Part shown: positions 28,417 to 38,639 of the stretch, in pieces
How the letters are laid out: each line of letters starts with the position of its first letter
Numbering within the stretch: the first letter of the stretch is position 1
Assembly: GCA_044352465.1 (NCBI GenBank)
Contig: JBILDU010000002.1
Span: 25,283-89,282, forward strand
Length of the DNA stretch: 64,000 nucleotides
From: Bdellovibrionota bacterium
GTDB lineage: Bacteria > Bdellovibrionota_C > UBA2361
Reading direction: 5' to 3'
Made by a program: the position numbers and the translations under genes
The notes under the pieces: model-generated
The model's input: the letters and a program-made list of their open reading frames with translations, nothing else
Database searches by the model: none
What the model was told of the DNA's origin: nothing

Positions 28417-29009
28417 TTAAAGTTAATCTTCTGGGCGAACCGGCCGGGATCGATCGTGCTACCCAACGGTGGTTCGGTGCCTACGGTGCCTCGGTACTAC
28501 TCCTCGTTACCCTTTGCGGTGTTGTCTATGCGAGCTCCATCGCCCGAGTCGGGGCGCTCGAGAGCGAGACGACGGAGCTTAATAGCACGCTCTTAAAGCT
28601 AAAAAAGGAGACGAAAGAGGTACGCGAGCTTGATGCCAAAAGGAAAGAGCTCCACGCCAAACTCGATGTTATCGCCCGATTGAAATTGACTAAAGTGGGG
28701 CCGGTGCGTGTCCTTGACGATCTAAACCAAGCGGTCCCGGAGCGGGTGTGGCTAACGGAGATAGCCGAAACAGCGACGATCTTAAAGTTGAGTGGCTATG
28801 CCCTCGACAATCAGACTATCGCAGCGTTCATGAAGGAGCTTGAACGTTCTGATTTTTTTGAAACGGTCGAGCTCGTTGAAACGAAGCAGATGGATCGAGA
28901 TGGCGTGAAGATGAAGCTCTTCACCCTCGAGTCGAGGATAAACTACGCTGGCGCCTCCCCCAAGCCAGCGGCTACCGCGGACACTGCTCCGGAGGGGCGA
29001 GTCGGATGA
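28413..29009 (+). CDS. pilN: Type IV pilus assembly protein PilN
   Basis: MIKVNLL motif, TM, coiled coil, VPERVWLT..., GYALDNQTIAAFM. Confidence 0.92.
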   Translation: MIKVNLLGEPAGIDRATQRWFGAYGASVLLLVTLCGVVYASSIARVGALESETTELNSTLLKLKKETKEVRELDAKRKELHAKLDVIARLKLTKVGPVRVLDDLNQAVPERVWLTEIAETATILKLSGYALDNQTIAAFMKELERSDFFETVELVETKQMDRDGVKMKLFTLESRINYAGASPKPAATADTAPEGRVG

Positions 29010-29635
29010 ATGAATTCCTAACTCGATTTATGGACCGGCCGCGGGGTCATAAGATCGCCGCGTGGGTTGGGAGCCTCCTCCTCGTCGGACTGGTGTTCTG
29101 GCAGTCCTTCTATGCTGACATCGCTCAGCAGGTTGCTGTATTGCAGGAGCGTCGTGCCGACCTGAATTCACAGATCGAAGTTGAGCAACGGCTTGTCCGG
29201 AACTTGGCCGCCTATCGAACCGAGGTGGGTGAGCTCGAGGTTCAACTCCGCCAAGCGCTGCAAGAGCTCCCTGATAAAAAAGAGATTCCTGAGCTTCTGA
29301 AATCAATTTCAACCCTGGCGACTCAAGCGGGGCTCGAGGAGGCTCTGTTTCGTCCGGTGCCGGAAGTTTTTCGTGAGTTTTACGCCGAAGTCCCGGTAGC
29401 GATAGCGGTTCAGGGGACGTTTCATCAGGTGGCGAAATTTTTCGATGAAGTTGGCCGGCTTCCCCGCATCGTCAACATCAACCAGATCGCGGTGCGGGAA
29501 CCTGAGCTCAAAGACGATGAGGTGAGAATTAAAGCGGAGTGCACCGCGACGACTTTTCGGTACCTCGACGAGGCCGAAATGGCGCGTCACCGAGAAGCAA
29601 CTGAGGATGCCAAGAAGCGTCGGCGTCGCTCGTGA
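29006..29635 (+). CDS. pilO: Type IV pilus assembly protein PilO
   Basis: TM, coiled coil, LPDKKEIPELL, FYAEVPV, FFDEVGRLPRIVNI, ATTFRY. Confidence 0.93.
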   Translation: MNEFLTRFMDRPRGHKIAAWVGSLLLVGLVFWQSFYADIAQQVAVLQERRADLNSQIEVEQRLVRNLAAYRTEVGELEVQLRQALQELPDKKEIPELLKSISTLATQAGLEEALFRPVPEVFREFYAEVPVAIAVQGTFHQVAKFFDEVGRLPRIVNINQIAVREPELKDDEVRIKAECTATTFRYLDEAEMARHREATEDAKKRRRRS

Positions 29636-30226
29636 GGTCGGTGCAAGACGGTAATACGACACCAACTCCGGGATCCGACGCGCCGTCGACTACTCTCCAA
29701 TCTGCCGCCTCAAAATTTTTTCGCCGGCTCTCACACCTTGTCGTTTCCTAATCCGTGGGGCTCCATCTCCGCCGCAGCCGCCGAGAGTGTACGAAGGCGA
29801 TCTTGTGGGAAGCGTGAGACAAGTAAACGGCGTTCGTGACGGAACGTCCGGCGTGGGGCCTCCCGTTGAGAGATGTGTAATTTTGATACTCCGTTCTAAT
29901 GAGATCGCTTGTTGCAGAGTCGTTCGGAGGTCGGCTCTCGAGCCGAGCGGGGGGATGTCTGCAGAAAGAGGATTGACAGTTCTAACCCCAAAACCTTATT
30001 CAATTTCAGAGGCTTCCGGCGTCCTCCGCTGTTTTCAATTGCCTTATTTTCGGAAAAGCTCCCACACGAGGAGCCGGTTGGTTCAACGAGGTTTGCTTCT
30101 TCTCAGCGGTTGAGAAGGTGGTTGTTTCCGTTTTCGTTGCAATCCCGTTGCCTGTCGAAAGCATCATAGCCCAGACACCGTTGTGTCGGCTCAGCCTTCG
30201 GCACCGGTTGTTTTACGTTAGAGTAA

Positions 30227-32191
30227 ATGGAGAAACTCATGATTGTGAGCCCGAGAGTCATGCGGGGGAATCGCTCGATTCGGAGCGGTTTGTTGGCGGT
30301 CGCGGCCGTTTTGTGTCTTGTCGCGGGTAGCGCCTCGGCGGCGCCATCGAACGAAGCGGCGGCAAATGGAGCTGCAGCGACAAGCGGTGCGAACTCGACC
30401 TCGGAGTTGAGTGCAGACTCCGCCGTGACGGCGATTCGGATTGAGCCACTCGGTGCGACTGAGAACGCAATCATCGGCGAGCTTTCGAAGCCGACCGGGG
30501 TAACCTTAAAAAAGACAGCTCCATCGGAGTACGTTCTCTCACTTGAAAATGCCACCCTTGCTGAGGCGGCTGCGGCGACGTTGGTAGCTCCGCCGAGTGC
30601 CGGAACGATTCGTTCGGTTCGTCCATTGACCGATGCAAAGAGCGCCACTTTTCGGATCTTTGCTGCACCGACCGTGGATTTGAAAGCTGAGGTGCGCGGC
30701 AACCAGTTCGTGGTGAAGGCGGCGACGACGTCGCTCGACGAGCGTGCGCAGATGGATCCGAACGGAGCTCCAGCACCTGCCGCCGACGCAGCGGCTAAAC
30801 CGGCGAGTGCCGATGAGGTGACGATTTCCGGACCCGAGGCACCCACTCAGGAGATGGACGCCGAAGTCGCGGCGCTCTTGAGCGAACAGCCCAAATATAG
30901 CGGTCGACTCATCTCCCTTGATCTCCAAGATACCGATATCGATAACGCTTTGCGGATTATCGCTGAGGTCTCGAACTTGAACATTATCGCGAGCGAAGAT
31001 GTTGCCGGTAAGGTAACGCTGCGGCTCATCGACGTGCCGTGGGATCAGGCGCTGGATGTTATCCTCAAGACGAACGCCCTTGATAAAGTTCAAGAGGGGA
31101 ACGTCGTGCGCATCGCGCCGGTGGAGAAGCTGCGTTTGGAGCGGGAAGCTCTGAAGCAGTCTCAGCAGGCGGAAGACGATCTCGAACCTCTCTCGGTGAA
31201 GTATATTCGGGTCAGCTACGCGAAAGCGGCTGAGCTCAAGCCTCTCATCGATACGGTCATCTCGGAGCGCGGCTCGGTCTCATACGATGAGCGGACTAAT
31301 CAGCTTATCGTCAAAGATATTCGCAAGGGGCTCAAGAACGTCGTTGAGCTCGTCTCGAAACTTGACCTGCGCACTCCGCAGATCTTGATCGAGACCCAGA
31401 TCGTTGAAGCGAAACGTGACTTTTCGCGTGAGCTTGGAGCGGAGCTCGGCTTCCAGTCGATTCAATCGCCGGAGACCGGTAACGCTACGAGCCGAAATTT
31501 TCCGAACTCGATCAACATCGTTGGTTCAACGGATGATAAAGGCACGTTCTCAAGTTTCCCGGCGGCATCGGGAGCTGCGGGGATCAGCTTCCTGCTCGGC
31601 AGTGCTGATGGATCGCTATCACTTAATACCCGCCTCTCCGCCCTGGAGAACGAGGGGCGTGGTCGTGTGGTGAGCCGTCCATCGGTGGCCACGACCAATA
31701 ACAAGCAGGCAGTGATTAAGAGCGTCGAGAAGGTGCGCATTAAGACCCCAAGTGGGGGTGTCTCGGTAGCGACCGGCTCGGGTGCTTCGGCGAGTGGTAC
31801 GAGCGCCGTAGCCACGGAGGTTATTGAAGTCGGTATCGTTCTTGAGGTAACCCCGCAGGCGTCGCCGGACTACTTCGTCCTTCTTGATATCAATGCGAAG
31901 TCGAGTACGCTCGGCGTGGCGCGGGTAGATGGCATTCCGGGCGAGATTGAGCGGAGCGCCACCTCGACCGTGCTCGTTTCAAGTGGTCAGACCTTTGCGA
32001 TGGGTGGCATCTACAAGATCGACGACTCAACGAGCGTTGAGGGCGTGCCGTTCTTCAAAGACATACCGTTCATCGGCCACTTCTTTCGCAGCCAGTTGGT
32101 GGATAACGGAGACGAGGAGCTGCTCTTCTTCCTGACTCCCCGGATCGTTGAGGGTAGTTTCGACGATGCTGCGATGAAGGTTAATTCGTAG
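30227..32191 (+). CDS. pilQ: Type IV pilus secretin PilQ
   Basis: YSGRLISLDLQD, VTLRLIDVPWDQALD, DERTNQLIV, QILIETQIVE, LEVTPQ, GVPFFKDIP, ELLFFLTPRIV. Confidence 0.95.
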   Translation: MEKLMIVSPRVMRGNRSIRSGLLAVAAVLCLVAGSASAAPSNEAAANGAAATSGANSTSELSADSAVTAIRIEPLGATENAIIGELSKPTGVTLKKTAPSEYVLSLENATLAEAAAATLVAPPSAGTIRSVRPLTDAKSATFRIFAAPTVDLKAEVRGNQFVVKAATTSLDERAQMDPNGAPAPAADAAAKPASADEVTISGPEAPTQEMDAEVAALLSEQPKYSGRLISLDLQDTDIDNALRIIAEVSNLNIIASEDVAGKVTLRLIDVPWDQALDVILKTNALDKVQEGNVVRIAPVEKLRLEREALKQSQQAEDDLEPLSVKYIRVSYAKAAELKPLIDTVISERGSVSYDERTNQLIVKDIRKGLKNVVELVSKLDLRTPQILIETQIVEAKRDFSRELGAELGFQSIQSPETGNATSRNFPNSINIVGSTDDKGTFSSFPAASGAAGISFLLGSADGSLSLNTRLSALENEGRGRVVSRPSVATTNNKQAVIKSVEKVRIKTPSGGVSVATGSGASASGTSAVATEVIEVGIVLEVTPQASPDYFVLLDINAKSSTLGVARVDGIPGEIERSATSTVLVSSGQTFAMGGIYKIDDSTSVEGVPFFKDIPFIGHFFRSQLVDNGDEELLFFLTPRIVEGSFDDAAMKVNS

Positions 32192-32238
32192 CGCTGGGCT
32201 TGGTTAACGGAACTTTTAATTCCTGAAGAGAGAAAAAT

Positions 32239-32889
32239 ATGAATTTATCACGACGGTTCATTCGCCCAGTGCTTGGAGTCGGGATGACCTTGGCGATGGT
32301 TGGCTGTGGTTCGGCGTCGAACGATGACCAAGGGGTCTCTTTCACCAACCTCGGGTTTTTTAGTGTGGACACAGAGACGAACGCTTGCGAGGAGACCGGT
32401 GTCTCCTCGGCAATCGTTTCGATCGGCACGAGCGTCGGGAGTAACTCCTTGACGGGTGCTTCGTTATGTATCGGGTTGCAGAACAATTTGTCTGGCCAGT
32501 TCATTCGGTCTGAGCGGGCGACCATCACCTATTCTATTCCGGGTGCTGCGCTCCAGCCGCCGAGCGCTGTTGTTCCGGTCTCGGCGATCATGGGACCAGG
32601 TAGCGCAGGTGCTTCAACCTCACTGCCCGATGGTGTCACGAACGAGAGCCGCGTCATTTCAGGTATCCTCTTGTTGCCGGCTGAGACCTTGCGTTTTCTC
32701 AGCGTCAATCGAGGGGCGTTGCCACGGGCGCCGTATACGATGATCGCGTCCGCTGCGGTGACCGGCGTTACGTCGGCGGGCGACAGCTTGGAGACGAATC
32801 CGGCTGAGATCGCTATCCAGGTGACGACGGCGAGCTTGAGTGCGACGGGGAGCGAGGCTGCTATCGAGGATCCCGCCCTGTTTGAGTAA
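32239..32889 (+). CDS. Hypothetical lipoprotein downstream of pilQ
   Basis: Lipobox MVGC after a hydrophobic stretch; beta-rich composition; 47-bp gap from pilQ. Confidence 0.7.
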   Translation: MNLSRRFIRPVLGVGMTLAMVGCGSASNDDQGVSFTNLGFFSVDTETNACEETGVSSAIVSIGTSVGSNSLTGASLCIGLQNNLSGQFIRSERATITYSIPGAALQPPSAVVPVSAIMGPGSAGASTSLPDGVTNESRVISGILLLPAETLRFLSVNRGALPRAPYTMIASAAVTGVTSAGDSLETNPAEIAIQVTTASLSATGSEAAIEDPALFE

Positions 32890-33406
32890 AGGCGGGTGAA
32901 TCTCGCTGGGGCGCGGAGCCAGCTATCCCCCTCCTCCTAAAAAAAGGGGGGCGGCCCCTCGATCTGGTGGGGTGGGGCGGGGGCTCCCCAAGAGTCTCCC
33001 CCCTTCAGCGCTACCGCAGTTTCCCGTCTCCGGTTTTCTACGTTTCGGGGGCCGCTGAGTTTTATGAGCGTTTCCGCCCCTAAAGTTCACTCCTCGAGCC
33101 TATTTCATCGCTTGGAAAGCGAGTTCCAGCAGATATCCAGGCTAAGCCTGGTCAGAGGCCCCCTTTCTCGCTCGCCCGAGCCCCTGCGGCATCCGTAGTT
33201 AATGCAACTGGTTATGTTTACTCCGAAAGCTGCTTCGCTGGAGTTATTCGACTGGCTGTGGCAGACTTGCCCCTCAACACCGGAAGGTGTTTCGACTTAT
33301 CGCTGCGGTGAGGTGTGCAAGCACTCCTGCGGGGAAAGCTTAGGACTGTGTGCGTTGCCGATGAGGTCTCTTCGAGAGCTACCTGTCGGTTGTAGTAGGC
33401 AAGGCT

Positions 33407-33877
33407 ATGGATATCAACGAGATTCAACAGATCATCGCGTTATTTAAGCAAAGCGACGTGACCGAGTTCGAGCTCGATCACGATGGCACGAAGTTGCGTA
33501 TCGCTCGAGGTGGTCAGCCGGTAACGGTCCAGACCGTGGCGGTTCGCCCGGTTGATCTTGAGCCGGCCATCGTGGCGGCTTCAAATGGTCAACCTGTGGT
33601 GCGGACTGAGAGTCCTGCTCCCCTGCCGAGTAACCTCACCAAAGTGGAATCCCCGATCGTGGGAACTTTCTACCGTCGTCCCTCGCCCGATGCGGAGCCG
33701 TTCGCCAAAGAAGGCGATCGAGTGAAGAAAGGGGATACCCTTTGTATCATCGAGGCGATGAAGGTCATGAACGAGATCGATGCTCCATGTAGCGGCAAGG
33801 TCGAGAAGGTGTTCTTGTCGGATGGTAACGTGGTTGAGTTCGGAGAGGTCCTCTTTCTTATTAATCCGGAAGCTTAG
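33407..33877 (+). CDS. accB: Acetyl-CoA carboxylase biotin carboxyl carrier protein
   Basis: SPIVGTFYR, biotinylation motif IEAMKVMNEI. Confidence 0.97.
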   Translation: MDINEIQQIIALFKQSDVTEFELDHDGTKLRIARGGQPVTVQTVAVRPVDLEPAIVAASNGQPVVRTESPAPLPSNLTKVESPIVGTFYRRPSPDAEPFAKEGDRVKKGDTLCIIEAMKVMNEIDAPCSGKVEKVFLSDGNVVEFGEVLFLINPEA

Positions 33878-33900
33878 CGAGTCCGGGGAGCGCTCATATC

Positions 33901-35307
33901 GTGCAAAATCCTCCGTTCAAAAAAGTTCTTATTGCAAACCGTGGTGAGATCGCCGTTCGGGTGATTCGGGCGTGTCATGAGTTGGGGATCCGCACGGTGG
34001 CGGTCCACTCCAAGGCCGATGAGTCGGCGCTGCACGTCAAACTCGCCTCTGAAAGCGTCTGTATCGGCCCAGCGCTGGCGAAGGATAGTTACCTGAATAT
34101 CGCTTCGATTATGGCAGCGGCGGTGGCGACGCGAGCCGATGCGATACATCCGGGGTACGGTTTTCTCAGTGAAAATGCGGCTTTTGCCGAGATATGCGGA
34201 AGCTGCGGTATCACCTTTATTGGTCCGACCGTCCGCAATATGCGCGTCATGGGTGATAAGGCCCGAGCGCGGCGTGCTGCTGATAAAGCGGGTGTCCCCA
34301 CGATTCCAGGGGACAGTCGCGGTTTGCTCGACGTCGATGAGGCGATGAAGATCGCTGAAAGGGCTGGATTTCCGGTCCTCCTGAAGGCCTGCGCTGGTGG
34401 TGGTGGGCGTGGCATGAAGATCGTCCAGAACCCCGATGAGTTCGCGGCTCTTTTTAGCACCGCACAACGGGAAGTTGAGGCGGCCTTCGGTGATGGGCAT
34501 CTCCTCGTGGAGAAGTATCTTCCGCGGGTTCGTCACGTTGAGGTGCAGCTTGCCGGTGACCTCTTTCATAACATCATCCACTTAGGGGTGCGGGATTGCT
34601 CGATTCAGCGCCGCTATCAAAAAGTTATCGAGGAGTCCCCGAGCCCCGGTTTGCCGCTTGAGGTCCAAGAGCAGATTCAAAACGCTGCAGTTGAAGTCGC
34701 CAAGTCGGTGAACTATTCCAACGTGGGAACGGTTGAGTTCTTAGTCGATCTCAACACGATGAAATTTTATTTCATCGAGATGAATACTCGGCTCCAGGTC
34801 GAGCATCCGGTGACCGAGATGGCAACCGATACCGATCTCGTTAAGGAGCAGATTCGGCTCGCTGCAGGGTTGGAGCTTTCGATTGCGCAGAAGGATGTGG
34901 TCATTACCGGTCACACCATGGAGGCGCGAATTAATGCTGAAGATCCGCGGCGTCTTATACCTTCGCCGGGGTTGATCCAGAGCTATCATCCCCCCGGCGG
35001 GCATGGAGTGCGGGTCGATTCGGCGCTTTACAGCGGTTATACGGTGCAGCCGTATTACGACTCGTTGGTGTCCAAGCTCATCGTGCGGGCGCGTGATCGG
35101 GCCTCGTGCATTCAAAAGCTCCTTGTGGCGCTCGATGAATACATCATCGAGGGGATTAACACGAACATCGAGTTGCACCGGCGGATATTGCGCCACCCTG
35201 ATTTCCAGAGCGGAAATTTTTACACGAAGTTTCTCGAACACGTGCCTATGTTTCCGAAGGATGAGGGATGCGCGGATACAGCCACACGCTCAGGAGCGTC
35301 TGCCTAA
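33901..35307 (+). CDS. accC: Acetyl-CoA carboxylase biotin carboxylase subunit
   Basis: KVLIANRGEIAVR, HPGYGFLSEN, GGGGRGM, EMNTRLQVEHPVTE, RINAEDP. Confidence 0.97.
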   Translation: MQNPPFKKVLIANRGEIAVRVIRACHELGIRTVAVHSKADESALHVKLASESVCIGPALAKDSYLNIASIMAAAVATRADAIHPGYGFLSENAAFAEICGSCGITFIGPTVRNMRVMGDKARARRAADKAGVPTIPGDSRGLLDVDEAMKIAERAGFPVLLKACAGGGGRGMKIVQNPDEFAALFSTAQREVEAAFGDGHLLVEKYLPRVRHVEVQLAGDLFHNIIHLGVRDCSIQRRYQKVIEESPSPGLPLEVQEQIQNAAVEVAKSVNYSNVGTVEFLVDLNTMKFYFIEMNTRLQVEHPVTEMATDTDLVKEQIRLAAGLELSIAQKDVVITGHTMEARINAEDPRRLIPSPGLIQSYHPPGGHGVRVDSALYSGYTVQPYYDSLVSKLIVRARDRASCIQKLLVALDEYIIEGINTNIELHRRILRHPDFQSGNFYTKFLEHVPMFPKDEGCADTATRSGASA

Positions 35308-35321
35308 GGGCGCCTACCAGA

Positions 35322-36332
35322 ATGCAATTTTGGGGACTCGCAATCGCTTTGATGATTGGCGGGTTAAGTGCGCCGCTCGGCGCATGGGGGCAGTCGAGCA
35401 CCCCGCGACCTCACGCAGTTGCGCCCGAAGCAACCTTTCATTTCGGCACGGTTGCGCAGGGTACCAAGGTGAAGCACGAGTTTAAGATTAGGAACGAGGG
35501 GTCCGGTCCCTTCCATATTCAGCGGGTCGTGCCGTCCTGCGGTTGTACCGCCTCGGCGGCGGATCAAGCGACCGTATTTCCAGGTGGCGAGTCCACGGTT
35601 CGGGTCGAATTTGATACGACCGGTTTCTCGGGCGATCAGACCAAAACCGTGCGCGTATTAACAAGCGATTCGGAGCGGCCCTCGATCGATCTGGCGGTCA
35701 AGGGGACCATACTCGCCGATGTGGTTGCTGAACCTGCGTATGTCTCCTTTGGCGACCTCTTTGTGGGGCCTCAGGGCAGCCCGGCCAAAACCGTTACGGT
35801 AAGCGTTCGTGAGGGGGCCTCCGTGCGCTTGGGAGAGGTGAAGGGGTGGTCGAAGTCGCTCGCAGTAACGGAGACGGTGAAGGAGTCGACGCGGCGGGTT
35901 CTCTCGATTCAGCTTCGCGACGGGGTGAAGCCGGGAGAGTTGCGCGACCGAATTGTGGTCACGCTCGTCACACCTCAGGGTGAGGGGACGCTGAATATCC
36001 CTGTAGTCGCCTCGGTGAAGAGCGAGGTCTTTGTAAGGCCGATGAGTCTCTCTTTCGGGGTCATCAGCGGGAGCGAGCCGATCGTGCGAAAGGCGACTCT
36101 GAGTAACCTGGGAGCGCGACCGCTCCAGATACGTTCGATCACCTCAAGCCATCCCGGAGTGGTGGCTCGGTTTTCGCCGGTTGATGCGACCGGTAATTTT
36201 ATCCTAGAAGTTGCTCTCGATCCCACGCAAATTACGAGCGATTTTAAAGGCGAGTTGACTATAATCACCGATAGGCAGGACCTGCCTCCCATGGCATTAC
36301 ATGTATATGGGATCGTTCCGCCCCGCCTCTAA
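35322..36332 (+). CDS. DUF1573-domain exported protein (Ig-like repeats)
   Basis: FHFGTV...HEFKIRNEG...SCGCT...PGGEST motif; signal peptide from ATG 35322. Confidence 0.85.
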   Translation: MQFWGLAIALMIGGLSAPLGAWGQSSTPRPHAVAPEATFHFGTVAQGTKVKHEFKIRNEGSGPFHIQRVVPSCGCTASAADQATVFPGGESTVRVEFDTTGFSGDQTKTVRVLTSDSERPSIDLAVKGTILADVVAEPAYVSFGDLFVGPQGSPAKTVTVSVREGASVRLGEVKGWSKSLAVTETVKESTRRVLSIQLRDGVKPGELRDRIVVTLVTPQGEGTLNIPVVASVKSEVFVRPMSLSFGVISGSEPIVRKATLSNLGARPLQIRSITSSHPGVVARFSPVDATGNFILEVALDPTQITSDFKGELTIITDRQDLPPMALHVYGIVPPRL

Positions 36333-38130
36333 GCGCGCTCAACACGGTTATTTCGCCCGGGCAACAGTCGGCACCGCCTCGTGTGGCTTCTTGGTGCTCG
36401 GCATCGCCTTTCTTCTTACGATTTTATTGCTTCCCGCGGTCGGAGTGTCTCAGGGGGTTACCGTTGGTGGTCTTTCATTCCCTGTTGAGGCGATTGATCG
36501 AGCGAGCGGGGGAGAGGTTCTTGTTCGACTCGGGGGGGTCGAGACCCTGACAACGAGCGAGGCAGTCGAGCGTTTCGTCGTTGAGACGACCCTCGGTGAC
36601 CAGAAATTAGCCTTGCGCTTGGAAGCGGCCGCCCTTCTCCGCTTTGCTGAGGAGTGCTTTAAGCGGGAGCAGTTCGAGTGGGCCGGGCTCGCCCTTCGAG
36701 CGATGCGGTGGCGTCCCGCCGCAATCGAGGATGACCTTGTGGAGAGTTTCGATGTTTTGAGTGAGGGAAGCTCGCTGACGAGCGGGGTTGATCGCGTCGC
36801 CCGTGCGGCGTTACTGCCTCTCTTTGAGCCGGAGCGGTATCCGCGCCTGACCGCCCGGCTTGTCCTGGCCGCCGGCGTACGGGCGCCGGACTGGGTGCGG
36901 CAGTTCGCTATCGCGTATGCGTACGGGGCTGAGCGGGCGATGAAAGAGCGCTTACAATCGGAACTGACCGAACGATTGCGCCGACGCGACCTTGAGGGCG
37001 CGGCTTTTTTCGCGGTATTCGCCCGTGAGGTTTACGGTCAAGACAAGGTGTTCGTACAATCGCTGGCGTTGAGGATAGAGCGTTTTGGTGAGATCCTCCG
37101 CGCGGTAACCGAGGGCAACGTCGATGCGCTTGGACGAGCTTTAGCGACAGAGATAGCTGATTCCGATCTGCGGGCACTGGTAGGTCCTCTCGCGATGGAG
37201 GGGCTTCACATGGCCGCAACCCGTTCGCTTGAGGCAGGAGACCTGGATGGAGCGCTTGAGATCCTCGCCCGTGTCGACACGCTGAAACGAACCCCCACGA
37301 CTCATCAGTTGACGTCCACCGCGCTTGAGCGGCTTTATCCCCGTCCCGGGTCAGCGTTGCAGCGGGCCGAGGTGCTTAACTACCTTGACTTTATAGCTCG
37401 TCACGATGACTCATTGGCGCAGCTATACAAACGAAAGCTCACCGAGGCGATCGATCTCCTCCTCGAAGCGGGGAAGGGTAACGAGAGTGAGCCGTTACTT
37501 GATCGGTTAAAGCAACTCGTTGGATCCTCTGATCCGTTACTCGATACAATCCGCGTGCGCCAAGCTCGGGCCTATTTCGGGGCGGGGTTTCACTCCTCGG
37601 CTGAACGGAAGCTCCGGGAAGTTTCGGCGGGCAGTTTTAGGGCGATGTTTTTGCGGTTCCAGCTCGCCATCGTGAACATGTCGGTAGAGACGCTCGGAGT
37701 TCTTCTCTTGCTCTGTTTTCTCTTGATAGTCCGTATGCTCGTTTCGATCAAGCGAGGGGGGCCTTCGAATCTTAAGTCGGAGCGGCTCGCGGGAGACCCG
37801 TCGCGGAGCTCGAGCCGCGGAGTGGGTGGGGGATCGGGGGCGACCCTTTCTCAGCCGGATGAAGAGGATGCGCCGCGTGGATTCGTCGTCAATGAGTTGC
37901 GGCGAATGAGTCCGAGCGCCCAAGAATACCAGCGTTGTCTTGCGGTGCTTGGTCTAACGCCCCACGCCGATTTGAGAGCGATTAAGAATGCCTACCGGAA
38001 ACTCGTAAAAGATGTGCACCCCGACCGGCATAAGAATCAAGACGAGGAGGCCTCCAATCGCTTTATTGAGCTCACTCGAACCTACGACCGCATTCTCGAG
38101 TTGCGCAAAGAATTTCGCTACGAGGATTGA
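36301..38130 (+). CDS. Membrane protein with large helical (TPR-like) exported region and C-terminal J-domain
   Basis: C-terminal VLGL...IKNAYRKLVKDVHPD...RFIELTRTYDRIL; TM before the J-domain; N-terminal hydrophobic segment; start uncertain. Confidence 0.8.
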   Translation: MYMGSFRPASKRAQHGYFARATVGTASCGFLVLGIAFLLTILLLPAVGVSQGVTVGGLSFPVEAIDRASGGEVLVRLGGVETLTTSEAVERFVVETTLGDQKLALRLEAAALLRFAEECFKREQFEWAGLALRAMRWRPAAIEDDLVESFDVLSEGSSLTSGVDRVARAALLPLFEPERYPRLTARLVLAAGVRAPDWVRQFAIAYAYGAERAMKERLQSELTERLRRRDLEGAAFFAVFAREVYGQDKVFVQSLALRIERFGEILRAVTEGNVDALGRALATEIADSDLRALVGPLAMEGLHMAATRSLEAGDLDGALEILARVDTLKRTPTTHQLTSTALERLYPRPGSALQRAEVLNYLDFIARHDDSLAQLYKRKLTEAIDLLLEAGKGNESEPLLDRLKQLVGSSDPLLDTIRVRQARAYFGAGFHSSAERKLREVSAGSFRAMFLRFQLAIVNMSVETLGVLLLLCFLLIVRMLVSIKRGGPSNLKSERLAGDPSRSSSRGVGGGSGATLSQPDEEDAPRGFVVNELRRMSPSAQEYQRCLAVLGLTPHADLRAIKNAYRKLVKDVHPDRHKNQDEEASNRFIELTRTYDRILELRKEFRYED

Positions 38131-38639
38131 TGGGCCTCTCCTCGGGGGCTGAGCGGCTGCTATCGTCAAAAAACCTTCCGAAAACGCATTGGGTTGAAGA
38201 GACCGCCCGGAAAATAGCCTAGCCAGGGTTTGGAGGTGTTTTTTATAACCCTGAAAGTGGTGTCAGATAATAATGGTGTTTTTAGGTAGTTATCGCTTCT
38301 TCTCGGTGCAAGGACCTGCGCCTTCCTGAGTCGTGCTTAATGGGATGATGCCAACCAGGGGCCATTAGATCTTCGTCGCAATGCTTGATTAGGAATCGTT
38401 AAGGGGATACCTTTTTGAGGCATCTCCAGGCGCTCCTCTCCAAAAGCAATCGATTCCGGGGAGCGTTTTCTCGATGCCTGTGCTCTTTTTCGTGTCTTTT
38501 CAGTGTTTCTTTTCGGTGTTTCTTTTCGGTGGGTCTTAAGAGACCTGTCCGTCCAGTTAACCTTCAATGGTGGTGGTCGAGCGGTGATGCCGCTTCGGGC
38601 TCTGAACGAGAGAGCCCGGCAGTGTAGTTTGAGCAATAT

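Noticed and set aside
29787..30169. ORFs in the pilO-pilQ gap as pilP
   Set aside because: No lipobox, no RDPF motif and non-protein-like composition.
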